NCBI GenBank assembly: GCA_963815675.1
Contig: CAWFHP010000007.1
Location: 37,302 to 101,301 of the forward strand
Direction of reading: 5' to 3'
Origin: an uncultured Acidobacteriota bacterium
GTDB lineage: Bacteria > Acidobacteriota > Vicinamibacteria > Marinacidobacterales > SMYC01
DNA: 64,000 nucleotides
Part shown: positions 43,344-53,539 of the stretch, one piece after another
Layout of the letters: every line of letters begins with the position of its first letter
Position numbering within the stretch: position 1 is the stretch's first letter
The notes under the pieces: generated by a model
The model's database searches: none
The model's input: the letters and a program-made list of their open reading frames with translations, nothing else
Told to the model about the DNA's origin: nothing
Made by a program: the position numbers and the translations under genes

Positions 43344-45474
43344 AGGCGAAAGGTGTATTGAAACTTGACCGAACCTCGGTCGAAGGCAGGAACGAATTTG
43401 TCCTCCAGATCCTGCCAGCCGCGATTGTAGACCAGGAAGAGATCGTTTCCCGGCCTCAGAATCCAACGAAAGCGGCTCTGGAATCCCAGGATGCCCGACT
43501 CGTTGTCGTACTGCACGAGATTGGCCCACGAGATGTCGGGCGAGAAGCCGAAGTCGGCGCGGAGCTCGAAGAGCCGGGTCGTGAAATCGCCCTCGGTCAA
43601 GTGGACGTCATTGCGCTCCGTACGCGCTTCGAGGCGCAAGTGGGGGCCAGGCTTCCAAGTAAAACCGAAGGCCAGCGTTCGGATGTTGCCGGTGTAGAAG
43701 GTTCCCCACCACCAGGCGAAGTCCACCACCCACGGCCTCTTGGTCGCGGTATTGAGCTCGAAGCGGTATCGCGTCCACGGTAGTCCCCCGGAGGGATTAC
43801 GACGCCGGGATCAGATCTCGAACGGTGCGTCGAGCCGCTGGAACTCGGGAATGTAGTTCCACTCGATGTGCTCCTGCGACTCCGTTCGAACGTTGAAGGG
43901 AGCGGTGAAGAACCGCCAGTCCGTCACCCGCCCTTCCAGGTCGGTCACGATGGTGGGAAAGAGCTCGAAGTTGAAACGGCGAATGGCGAGCTGCGGCGCT
44001 CGCGGTCGAAAGACGAAAAAGGGCTTGTACTTGCGGATTCCCGTTCGGGGCACGAACCCGAGCTCGGCCCGGAAGTCGTCGCCTATCTGTATGGCGCTGA
44101 CACCGGCATCCCAGCGCTCGTTGGGATAGTCGAGCGTGAATCCATAGGCGTAGTCGGTCACGCCCAGCGTCTCGTCCTTCGTGCCGAGCGCGAAGAGATC
44201 CAGGCTCAGGTTCTTGTCGCCGCGAAAGGCCGACGTCGCGAAGCGAGCGTCGCCGCCGAAGAGCGTGTTCGAGCCGGTACCATAAGGGTTTCCGTGGGTG
44301 AAGATGCCGCCGATCCAGGACTGGCGAAAGAGGTTCTTGCTGACCCGGGCCGCAAGAAAATTCTGGCCGGAGACGGAGCCCAGGGTGTCGATGTCGCTCT
44401 GGCGCGTCTGGACGTCGAGAAGGCCGACGTTGAATCCATGCTCGCGTCCCGCAAGCTTGGTGCCCACGAGAATCGGAACCTCTTGGCCTTCGAGAAGACC
44501 GATGCCGCGGCTGTAGAAGGGAATCAGATCGCTGTCCTCGCTCGGGCGCAGCCCCGCCACCTCGAAGATGCCGCTCCCTTCGAGGAAGAACGTCCTCTTT
44601 TCCGGATAATAGAGCGGAAAGCGAGTGAGGTTCACCTGGCGCTGGTCCACTTCGGTCTCGGCGAAGTCGGTGTTCACCGAGACCGAACCGTTGAGGCTCG
44701 GCGTGAAGTTCTTGAACAGGTCGACACCCACGTCCACCTGTCCGTCGCCGTCATCCCGGCCCCCCGAGGCATAGGGTCGAATGTCCAGTCCCCTTCCCTG
44801 CTCGATCCCTTCGAGCGCCGTCAGGCGGCCGGCCATCGACAAATTCGTGAGCCAGACCTCGCGCCGCGGCGACGCCCAGCGGTCGATCTCGTTCTTGCGT
44901 TTGATGGTCCGCTCGACGTTCAAGCCCCACGTCGAGCGCCCCGGCCGGAACCGGAGCGTCTTGAACGGAATCGAGATCTCGGCCACCCAGCCGTCGTCGG
45001 TGACGCGCGCCGCCGCCTGCCAATCCCGTCCCATTCCAGAGTGCGGTGGTCGGCATTGTTCGCCACTTGACCGTCGGCCCGCGCTCCGAGAGGATTCACC
45101 TCGAAGAAAAAACCGTTCCGGAAGTCCAGGAACGGATCGAGGATGACGACGACCCGGTCGTCCACGTCGAGCTCCGCGTCGCGGGCGAGCTGAGTAGCCA
45201 CGATGGCGCCGGGATCCCGGTCGTGGCAGACGATCCCGAAGTACAGGTTGTCGCGATCGTAGAGGACCCTGACTTCCGTCTCTTCCGTCGGCTCCGACTC
45301 GGGGTTCGGCTCCTGCTGGAGAAGGCGTCCGATCGAGGGAGCCTCGGACCAAACGGACTCGTCGAGGACGGCGTCGACCCGAATGGCCACCGGGGTCCGG
45401 TAAGCGGGGGCGTCCGGAACGGTGTCGACCGCGGAGACGAGCCCAAGTACGCTCAGAGCGAGAATCGGACTCAT
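43340..45474 (-). CDS. DUF5916 / CBM9-like domain outer-membrane protein; frameshifted
   Basis: D..LDE..W, TEVRVLYD..NLYFG, GW.AE..IPFKTLRF, NTDFAETEVD...NLTRFPL.YPEKR.FFLEG; aromatic C-terminus KFQYTFRL. Confidence 0.85.
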
Positions 45475-45488
45475 GTGACTCGTCCAGT

Positions 45489-46574
45489 CTATTCCGGCGC
45501 CACTGCCTGGAGTCCCAGCAGGAGCTCGGCGGTCACGTAGAGCCAGGCGTCCTTGGGAATGCGCCACTGCCGGCCCGCGTTCGACACGAGAAACGGGTAG
45601 AACGCCTCGAGAGCGTCCTCGCGGCCGAGCGCCACCGAGATGCGCACGAGAGCGGCCCAGGCTTCGATTCCGGGACGTTTGTCGCGCGCGACCTCTCCCG
45701 TGCGGCCGTAGTACGTCCCCCGGAGGTTCGGCATCCTCCGGAAGCAGAAATCGAGCAGGCGCCGAGCGATGTCCGGCCGTCCCTTGACCGACCAGGAGGC
45801 GACGGTGGCGGCATTCGAGATCTGAACCGCGTCGTTGGGCGAAAAGACGACCATCCGGTCGTCGTCGAGAAGGGTTGCCACTTCCGGCTGGATGACGTCG
45901 TAGAGAAGCCCGGTGGGCGCCTGGGCTCTCTCGACGAGAGCGTAGGATTTCTCCGCGACCTCACGGAGGGTCTCGTCGTTCGTTGCCTCCGCCACCTCGG
46001 CGACGAAGTCAGGAGCGTAGTCGACGAGAAAGGAGTTGGTGGCGAAGCTCCGGGTGCCGAGGTTGAAGTAGTTCCGTATGAGCCAGACCCCTTGCTCTTC
46101 GGCGGCGTGGCGGGCGTAGCCATGGAGAATCACGATCGCGAGCTCCTTGTCGTCGGCGCGGCCGAAGGTCTTCGCCCCACGCCAGAGCCCTTCGGCGAGG
46201 CGCAGTGCTTCCGTCGTACCCGAGGCATCGGGGGTCTCTCCTTCTTTGTAGCGCCAGAGGACGAACCCTTTCATGTACGAATCTCCCGGCGAATCGATGA
46301 CGAGGTGAGACCGGGCGAGCTCGCGCAGCTTCTCGTAGAGCTCACGGTCGCCTTCGTTCGCGGCGAAGATCATGAGGAGGGCGATGTCCACGGTATACAC
46401 CCAGCCGTCCGTTCTCTCGAGCATTCCCGAGAGCACGCGCTTTTTCGCGAGCTCGTGGAGCTCGGCCTTCGTTCGCCGTGCCTCCTCGGGCTCTCTCGGC
46501 GAGCCCACGTTCGCGCAGCCGGCGCCGAGCGCGAGAGAGACGAACGCGGCGAAAGCGACGGCCTCTTTCCCCAT
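45489..46574 (-). CDS. Lipoprotein, six-hairpin glycosidase (GH8-like) fold
   Basis: Lipobox LGAGC; helical protein with WRY, EALRLAEGL, NY.N, GL.YD motifs; family tentative. Confidence 0.55.
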   Translation of the reverse strand: MGKEAVAFAAFVSLALGAGCANVGSPREPEEARRTKAELHELAKKRVLSGMLERTDGWVYTVDIALLMIFAANEGDRELYEKLRELARSHLVIDSPGDSYMKGFVLWRYKEGETPDASGTTEALRLAEGLWRGAKTFGRADDKELAIVILHGYARHAAEEQGVWLIRNYFNLGTRSFATNSFLVDYAPDFVAEVAEATNDETLREVAEKSYALVERAQAPTGLLYDVIQPEVATLLDDDRMVVFSPNDAVQISNAATVASWSVKGRPDIARRLLDFCFRRMPNLRGTYYGRTGEVARDKRPGIEAWAALVRISVALGREDALEAFYPFLVSNAGRQWRIPKDAWLYVTAELLLGLQAVAPE

Positions 46575-46626
46575 CCTCTGGCGACTATAGCAGAACCGGT
46601 CCCGGTCGCATCATAATCGGCTCGTC

Positions 46627-49600
46627 ATGAAACGACTCGCGTTCGGCTTGCTCGCTCTTCTCCTTCCTTCCTCGGGTCGGGCACAGGGCTCCCTCGGCCT
46701 CGAGGGCATCTTTCGTCCCGGCCCGCTGTTTCAAGACCGCAACGGCGACGGCTTCGTCGACTTCGTGAACGCCACGATCCGTGTCGACGGCTCGTCCTCC
46801 CCGGCTCTCGTGGCCGCGGCGTCCGACATCGCCGCCCGTCTCGGCTTCGAGACGATGTCGATGAATCTCCCCCTGGACCAGACCGAGGGGGGCGTCGAGA
46901 TCCTCGTCGGGCAGCCCCTTTCCGCCACGGCGGGTCTCGCTCCCGGCGAGGGTGTCCTGACGCTCTCACACGGGCAACGCGAGCGTATCCTCGTATCGGG
47001 CGCCGACGACGAGGGAGCTCGCGCCGCCGCCTCATACCTCGCGGGGAGAGCCCCCCATCTGTGGACTCCCGACGGCCCCACGTTCGACGACCTGCTCGAT
47101 GACGTTTCGAACCTTCTGGGATTTCTCCCTCGCTCGACACGCGTCGAGGAAGTCCGCGCGACACGCGACGAGGTAACGCGTCTCACGCTCGCGCTCGAGC
47201 TCGGCTCTGAGGGAGAGCTCTCCCGAGCTCGCGCCGCGCTCACGGGCGGACTCTCTTATGCGGGCGTCGACTCCATCGTGGCTCACCTCTCGATCGCGGG
47301 GAGGTCGACCGAAGTCCGGGTCCCTTCGAGATCGCCAGCAGCCAAACCGCGCCCCATCCCTCCCCGACCGGGCTCGCAGGCGAAACCGGATCTGGACCTC
47401 TCGAATCTCTTCACTCCGGACGGGCTTCTCGGAGACTCCGACCAGAATCTGATCGCCGATCGCATCGACGCCGTTCTGAGCCCGGCGGCGGGGTTCGAGA
47501 GAACGGTCGACCTCGCCGCCCGGCTCGGCCTGGAAGCGGCCGGGATCTCGATCCCCGTGGCAAAGCTCGCCGGCGAGATCGCTGACCCCGCTGAGGAACC
47601 GACGCTGGTTCTCATCGGCGCTCATCCGCTCGCGCCGAAGGCGCCCGGGCTCGCGCCCGGCGAAGGCGAAATCCGCATCCTTCCCGAAGCCTTCGGATCC
47701 AAGAGTGCCGTCGCCATCTCGGGAGGCGACGCAGCCGGAGTGGAGCGCGCTCTCGAGCAGGTCGCGGTGCGCTTTCCCCATGTCTGGGAGCGGGGCAAGG
47801 ATCGCACGACGCTCGACGGCGTGGAGAAGGATCTCGTGGAAGTTCTTCTCCGGTCGCACGCCCGCCGGCCAGGCCGCCACCGCTCTGTACAAGCTCGACC
47901 GCCTCGTCGCCGGGCTCGAGGGCAAAGGGGTGAGGAAAGCCACCGTCACCATCTCGACCGAGAAGCCCGAGCCCGGTCTCGAGGAGATCGTGCGCGAACG
48001 GGTGCGGGCTCTCGGAGCGGAATCGGTGGAGGTGATCCTCGACGACCGCGACGTCCAGAACGCGGGAACGATATTCGAGGACAGCTTCGACGTGCCTTCC
48101 GAGGTGGACGAGTTCTGGCGCCTGTTCCGGGAACGCGTCGTCCGTCGCGCGGGAAAACGGCATCCGGTAACCGTGGAGGCTCGTCTCTCCGAGCCGCGCG
48201 AGGTGCGGCGAGCCATAGAGCAGCAGGCGCGGGAAGAGCTCGAGAAAAAAGGAGCTCGCGATCCGGTGGTGAGGGTCCTCTCCGCGTACAAGCCCGGCTA
48301 CAGCTGGCTCGACGAAGTGATCCGGCCCGCTCTCCAGGGAAAGCCGGTCGATTCCATCGTCCTTCGGTTCGCGCGCTACACGCCTCCGGCGGAATGGCCT
48401 CAACAGGCGATGGGAACACCGGTACGCTGGCTGCACGAGGTTTTTCCCATCGACGAGGTCCTGGCGCGCGATCTCGCGGTTCCTCTCGCTCGCATCCGGT
48501 TCGAGATGGCTCCTCCCGACGCACCGCCCTATGAAGTGATCGCCACCGCCCCCGACGGCTCCGAGCTCCTGCACGAGACCTTTTCGCCCCAGCTCGTGCT
48601 TCGACCGTACCTCGACCGCTTTCGGGACTACGAGATGGTGAACGTGAGCACGGGATGGATTCGGGCGGTCTCGGGCGACGAAGTCCTCGTGAGTCAACGC
48701 ATCGCGACCGACGCCGAAAACTTCTGGGATTACTACCAGCAGGACACGCTGGAAAAAATCTACGACTACGTCATGAGGCTTCACGAGGGAAATCCGCGAG
48801 GAGGAGGCAAAGACGCTCCTTATTTCGGTGAGCTCGAGGTCGATTCTCGAGCTCTCGGAGCCGAACGAGACCGTGGGTCTCGAGCGGGAGATTCTCTCCC
48901 CGATGGACGCGCTTCACGAGGACCTGTACTTCACGACCCTCATGTTCTTCCGCATCCTCGGCCGGAACGCCGCGTGGAGACGAGCTCACCTATCCCGGTC
49001 GAGTCCTACCCGTCATGATTCCAAAGAGCGACGGCCAGCCGGGCAAAGCCTCGATCCGCTTCACGGGGTTCAAAACGAGCCGTCCCGCGGTCGTCATCGA
49101 CTACGAGACCGGCGACGGACGCACGGGAACGGCGCGACTCGACGTGCCCCGCGTGGAGATGGACCGGCCGAAAGCGATGGCGGCGAGGGTCCGCGCGGGA
49201 GAACGAGGACTCGAGGCGCTCGAGGTGCACGTGAAAGTCGACACCGACCGAGACGAACGTGAAGTGCTCGTTCGTCGCGAGCGAGCCGAGGACGTCGACG
49301 ACGAGATCCTATCGGCGGAGCAGGCTCTCGCCACCATCGAGAACCTGAACCTACTCCGGGAGCGTGGCCTCTATCGCGACGCGATCGCGTATCCGATCTC
49401 CACGACATCCGGGTTACCGCTTCATGGGACTACCATCCGACTCCAGAGACCGAGCTCTCGAAGACGCTTCGGGACAACGGCCTTCCGCCCCCCTTTCCCG
49501 ACATCGGCCGCTACCTCGCGGAAAGCCCCGAACCGTCGGGAAACGAGCTCGTCCAGTGGGAGACACCGATTCCTCCTCCCGAGGCCTACGCCATCCTCGC

Positions 49601-50678
49601 GCGCATGTCGAAATTCGACGGGGCGTCGGTCTACAAAGTCGGAGAAAGCTACCTCGGAAAGGACGTGTGGGCGATGGATCTCACCGCGCCCATCGGGGCC
49701 TCTCACGTCTCGCGATACAAAGAGACGACGCTCAAGCCGACGATCCTCTATTCCGCGCGCCAGCACGCGAACGAGGTCTCCTCGACCTCACACGTTCTGA
49801 AGCTCGCGGAGCGCCTCCTCACCGATCCCGAGGAGCGGAAGAAGCTCGACCGGGTGAACGTCGTCATCCACCCCATCACCAATCCCGACGGAGCGCAGCT
49901 CGCCTACGACCTCTACCGTCGAACCCCGGACTTTCTTCTCCACGCGGGCTACTACGCGTCTCTCGGCATGGACGTTACCGCGGACTCCGACAAACCCTTA
50001 CCCATCTATCCCGAGGCCGCGATCCGGCCGGAGCTCTGGAACAGCTGGCTACCCGACATCTTCCTGAATCCCCACGGATACCCATCGCACCAGCTGGTGC
50101 AGCTCTTCTCCGAGTACACCGGACTCGTGCGGCGGGGCCGCGTCACCGAGCGGAACTGGAGCATGAACAAGGGCTGGTTCATGCCCGGGTTCGACTACCT
50201 GGACGACCCGCGCTTTCCCCGCCACAAAGAAGCGGCGTTCCGGATCCGCGAGTACATCACGAAGGCGATCAACTCGAGCCCCGAGGTGTACGCAATGAAC
50301 CAGAGGAACTACGAGCGCTACGATCGTTACGGCGGACAATTCGACGAAGACGCCTTCAAGCTCCCCATGGTCGACGACGTCATGATCCATACCGCCATCA
50401 AGGGCGCGCGAGCACCTTCGCCGGGCTCGAATCGAGGATTCAACCCGAGGGTCACCGTGTGGAGCGGCACGACGGAAGCCCCCGACGAGACCGCCTACGG
50501 CGACTGGCTGAAGCTCGTCGCGACCGCGGGACTGAGCTGGGATCGCGCCATTCTCCAGTATCTGCTCGACGGCGACCACCAAGTCGAGCGAAAAGGCGCG
50601 AGCTTTTTCGGCGGAGTCAGCTGGACCCTGGACCGCCCGAGACCGCCGAAAGGGAAAGAGGAAAAGCCAGAAAATTAG
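46627..50678 (+). CDS. Very large secreted M14 zinc carboxypeptidase-family protein (~1350 aa); several frameshifts
   Basis: Signal peptide; C-terminal GESYLG, RQHANE, P..NPDG, LHAG.Y, PDI.LNPHGYP. Confidence 0.85.
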
Positions 50679-50694
50679 GGACAGTCCCTAATTT
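50672..50694. repeat. Palindrome AAATTAGGGAC-A-GTCCCTAATTT overlapping the M14 stop codon (REP/MITE end or terminator)
   Basis: 11-bp perfect inverted repeat read directly; a half copy lies at ~25288-25304. Confidence 0.6.
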
Positions 50695-50892
50695 CTCAGC
50701 GCGGGACTATTTCCAAGAACGTCCGTCGATTCATGCATCCGCCAAGGCGTTCAATGTAACGCCAGACGGGCTCGGTTGGCACCAGGGGACTGCATGGGTT
50801 CGGGCGAAATCATTGTCCTCGCATGACCGGAGGCGCTTCACGACGCCGTGTCGCCGTGTGACGTTCGTCGAGACGGCGTGGGGGGGCCTAGC

Positions 50893-51600
50893 TCAGGGCA
50901 CTCGCGGGCCGGGCACGCGGGCGTCGGCCGAGGCGGGATCGGCGATTGTCAGATGGTCGACCACCAAACGAACGCCTTCGACTCCGGCCACGACACCCGC
51001 CGCCAGCTCTTTCTGGCGCACATCCGGCGCGAGCCCGGTGAGGGTGACGGTTCCATCCTCGACGAGCACTCGAATGCTGCGGACATCCACGTTCTCTGCA
51101 CCCTGGAGAGTCTCGTAGATCGTCGCCTTCAATTCGGCGTCGGCGAGGCGGTCCACGAGATCGCTCCTCGCTGAACTGGACTCGACGCCGGGGGCCACAT
51201 CGATGCGGTCGACGACCTCCACGACTCCGGAGGTGTCGGCTGCGATCCGGAGCGCGTTGTCTTTGGCTTCCTGCGAAGGAAGCTTACCCGTCAAAGTGAC
51301 TCGTCCGTCGTTGGAATCGACGTTGAGATCGAAGCTCGATACGCTCTTGGAGAGTCCGAGCGCGGCTTTGACTTTGGACGTCGTGAGGGCGTCTCGTGAC
51401 GTCTCCCGCATTCTTTCCACCGCTTGACCCACGTCGTCGGCTACGGCCTTCCCGTTACTCTCCAAATCGCCGGTGGAAAGCTCGTTGGATCGACGAGGAT
51501 TGGCGAAATAGAAGAGCCCGAGGATGATGACGAGCAGCACGAGGAGCGACGCGACCAGGACTCCGGCCGCCGCGCCTCGCGTTTGTTTCCAGTTGTTCAT
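50893..51600 (-). CDS. BON-domain (OsmY-like) protein, two BON domains
   Basis: N-terminal TM; D..TTSKVKAAL, G.VTLTG, GV.EV.D.I; second copy D..LK..I...GTVTLTG...GV..V.D.L. Confidence 0.9.
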   Translation of the reverse strand: MNNWKQTRGAAAGVLVASLLVLLVIILGLFYFANPRRSNELSTGDLESNGKAVADDVGQAVERMRETSRDALTTSKVKAALGLSKSVSSFDLNVDSNDGRVTLTGKLPSQEAKDNALRIAADTSGVVEVVDRIDVAPGVESSSARSDLVDRLADAELKATIYETLQGAENVDVRSIRVLVEDGTVTLTGLAPDVRQKELAAGVVAGVEGVRLVVDHLTIADPASADARVPGPRVP

Positions 51601-51693
51601 GATTCCCTCCACGAATTGGAAGCCTGGCGGAAACGCCGACCCATCGGAAACCCGGCCGACCGAAACACCGCCTTACAGCTCCAGATGTCGTAG

Positions 51694-51709
51694 TGCAACA
51701 GCCGTGCCA
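51694..51709 (-). promoter_or_regulatory. Sigma-54 -24/-12 promoter upstream of the BON gene
   Basis: Minus strand TGGCACGGCTGTTGCA is an exact match to TGGCAC-N5-TTGCA. Confidence 0.75.
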
Positions 51710-52050
51710 GCTTCCGCCAACTCGCTTTCCAGCCGAAACGCGGGTGTTCTCTCATGATGGCGGCGTCGGGTCTCTCGATTGGCATCGGCGTTTTGCTCGT
51801 TTGGAGCGAAGGACGTGAGCGACCGGTCCTCGCGGGAGAGCACCCGTGCCGGCCGCTAGAAACGACAACCGGCAATTTGTAGAAATGCGAGCTCATTGAC
51901 GACTGGAACTCCACCGTCGTCGTCGTTCTCCGGGATCGGTGTCGCGCCGAGCTTTCTCCATGGGAGCGTAGACGGATCATCGAGAGCATCGATCTCTGAC
52001 GCGCCTGTTGGGCCAAGTGGAGTAGAATCTCGCTCGGTCTGAGGTCTCTC

Positions 52051-53265
52051 ATGGAGCCGGCTCTTCAGAACCCCGATTTTCTCTGGCGCAATCCCCGCCC
52101 GAAGCCCGCCTATGACGTCGTGATCGTCGGAGGCGGCCTCCACGGCCTCGCGACCGCCTTCTACCTCGCGAAGAACCACGGCATTCAGAACGTGGCCGTT
52201 CTCGAGCGCGGCTGGCTCGGCAACGGCAACGCCGTCCGGAACACGACCATCATCCGTTCCAACTACCTTCGGGACGAGAGCATGCCGCTCTACGAGCTTT
52301 CGTTGAAACTCTGGGAGTCGCTCTCGGCGGAGCTGGACTACGACGTCCTCTTCGACCAGCGCGGACTCCTGCAGCTCGCGCACACGACGACCGAGGCCTC
52401 CGAGGGGAGGCGAACGGTCTACGCGAATCGGCTCGCGGGGATCGACGCCGAGTGGCTCGAGCCCCGAGAGGTCGAGAGGTTCTGCCCCATCGTGAATATC
52501 TCGCCGCGCGTGCGCTACCCGGTGGTGGGAGCCTCGCTGCAGCGTCGGGGCGGCATCGCGCGCCACGACCTCGTGATGTTCGCTCTCGCCCGGGCGGCGA
52601 GCGCGAGAGGGATCGACCTCCTCCAGGGCTGCGAGGTCACGGGCTTCCATATCGAGAACAACCGCGTCGAGGGAGTCGAGACGTCTCAGGGAACGATCGC
52701 CGCCGGGAAGGTTGCCCTCGCCGGCGCCGGGAGGACGCCGCTTCTGGCTCGAATGGCGGGTTTCGACCTTCCCATCCAGAGCACCCCGCTCCAGGCCCTG
52801 GTGTCCGACGGTCTCGAGCCAATCCTCGATTGCGTCGTCATGTCCGGACTCCTCCACGTCTACGTGAGCCAGGCGAGAAACGGCGGTCTCGTCGTGGGAG
52901 CGGCCCGCGACAACTACGTTTCGTACGCCCAGCGTGGCTCGTTCCAGATCCTGGAATGGCAGATCCAGGCGGCGCTCGAGCTCTACCCCATCCTCGGCCG
53001 TGCCCACATGCTGCGCACCTGGGCCGGAATCGTCGACGTCAGCCCCGATGCGTCACCCATCATCGGTCGGACTCCCGTCGAGAATCTCTTCGTCAACTGC
53101 GGCTGGGGCACGGGCGGCTTCAAGGCGACACCGGTCTCCGGCTGGGTCTACGCGCATACCATCGCCCATGGCGAGCCTCACGAGCTCAACGCCGCGTTCT
53201 CGCTGGAACGCTTCGAAACGGGAGCGCTCGTCGACGAGCACGGTGCGGCGGCGGTGGCGCATTAG
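52051..53265 (+). CDS. soxB: Sarcosine oxidase subunit beta
   Basis: [54 protein letters not shown]. Confidence 0.95.
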   Translation: MEPALQNPDFLWRNPRPKPAYDVVIVGGGLHGLATAFYLAKNHGIQNVAVLERGWLGNGNAVRNTTIIRSNYLRDESMPLYELSLKLWESLSAELDYDVLFDQRGLLQLAHTTTEASEGRRTVYANRLAGIDAEWLEPREVERFCPIVNISPRVRYPVVGASLQRRGGIARHDLVMFALARAASARGIDLLQGCEVTGFHIENNRVEGVETSQGTIAAGKVALAGAGRTPLLARMAGFDLPIQSTPLQALVSDGLEPILDCVVMSGLLHVYVSQARNGGLVVGAARDNYVSYAQRGSFQILEWQIQAALELYPILGRAHMLRTWAGIVDVSPDASPIIGRTPVENLFVNCGWGTGGFKATPVSGWVYAHTIAHGEPHELNAAFSLERFETGALVDEHGAAAVAH

Positions 53266-53266
53266 G

Positions 53267-53539
53267 ATGCTCTTCATCGCCTGTCCGTACTGCGGGCCTC
53301 GGGAGGAGACGGAGTTTCGCTACGGCGGCGAGGACGTCGCGATTCCGATCGCCGAAGAGGCAGACGATCGCACCTGGGCGCGTTTTCTCTACTATCGAGA
53401 CTCCCCCGCCGGTGTATTCACGGAGCGCTGGGTGCACACGCACGGGTGCCGGCAGTGGTTCTACGTCGTGCGCGACACCCTTACCCACGAGATCTCGGCC
53501 ACGGCGAAGCTCGATGAACCGCCCGGGGTAGCGCAATGA
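53267..53539 (+). CDS. soxD: Sarcosine oxidase subunit delta
   Basis: CPYCGPREE.EF.YGG, ERW.H.HGC.QWF...RDT.T.EI. Confidence 0.95.
   Translation: MLFIACPYCGPREETEFRYGGEDVAIPIAEEADDRTWARFLYYRDSPAGVFTERWVHTHGCRQWFYVVRDTLTHEISATAKLDEPPGVAQ

Noticed and set aside
43324-43347. 12-bp tandem duplication GACCTCATAGGC at a gene junction
   Set aside because: Only two copies, giving alternative start codons (MRSPMRSL); no sign of a functional repeat tract
51780-51797. TGGCATCGGCGTTTTGCT as a sigma-54 promoter for soxB (also TGGCAC at ~41577 and ~25304)
   Set aside because: GG-to-GC spacing is 12 rather than 10, or the -12 GC is absent
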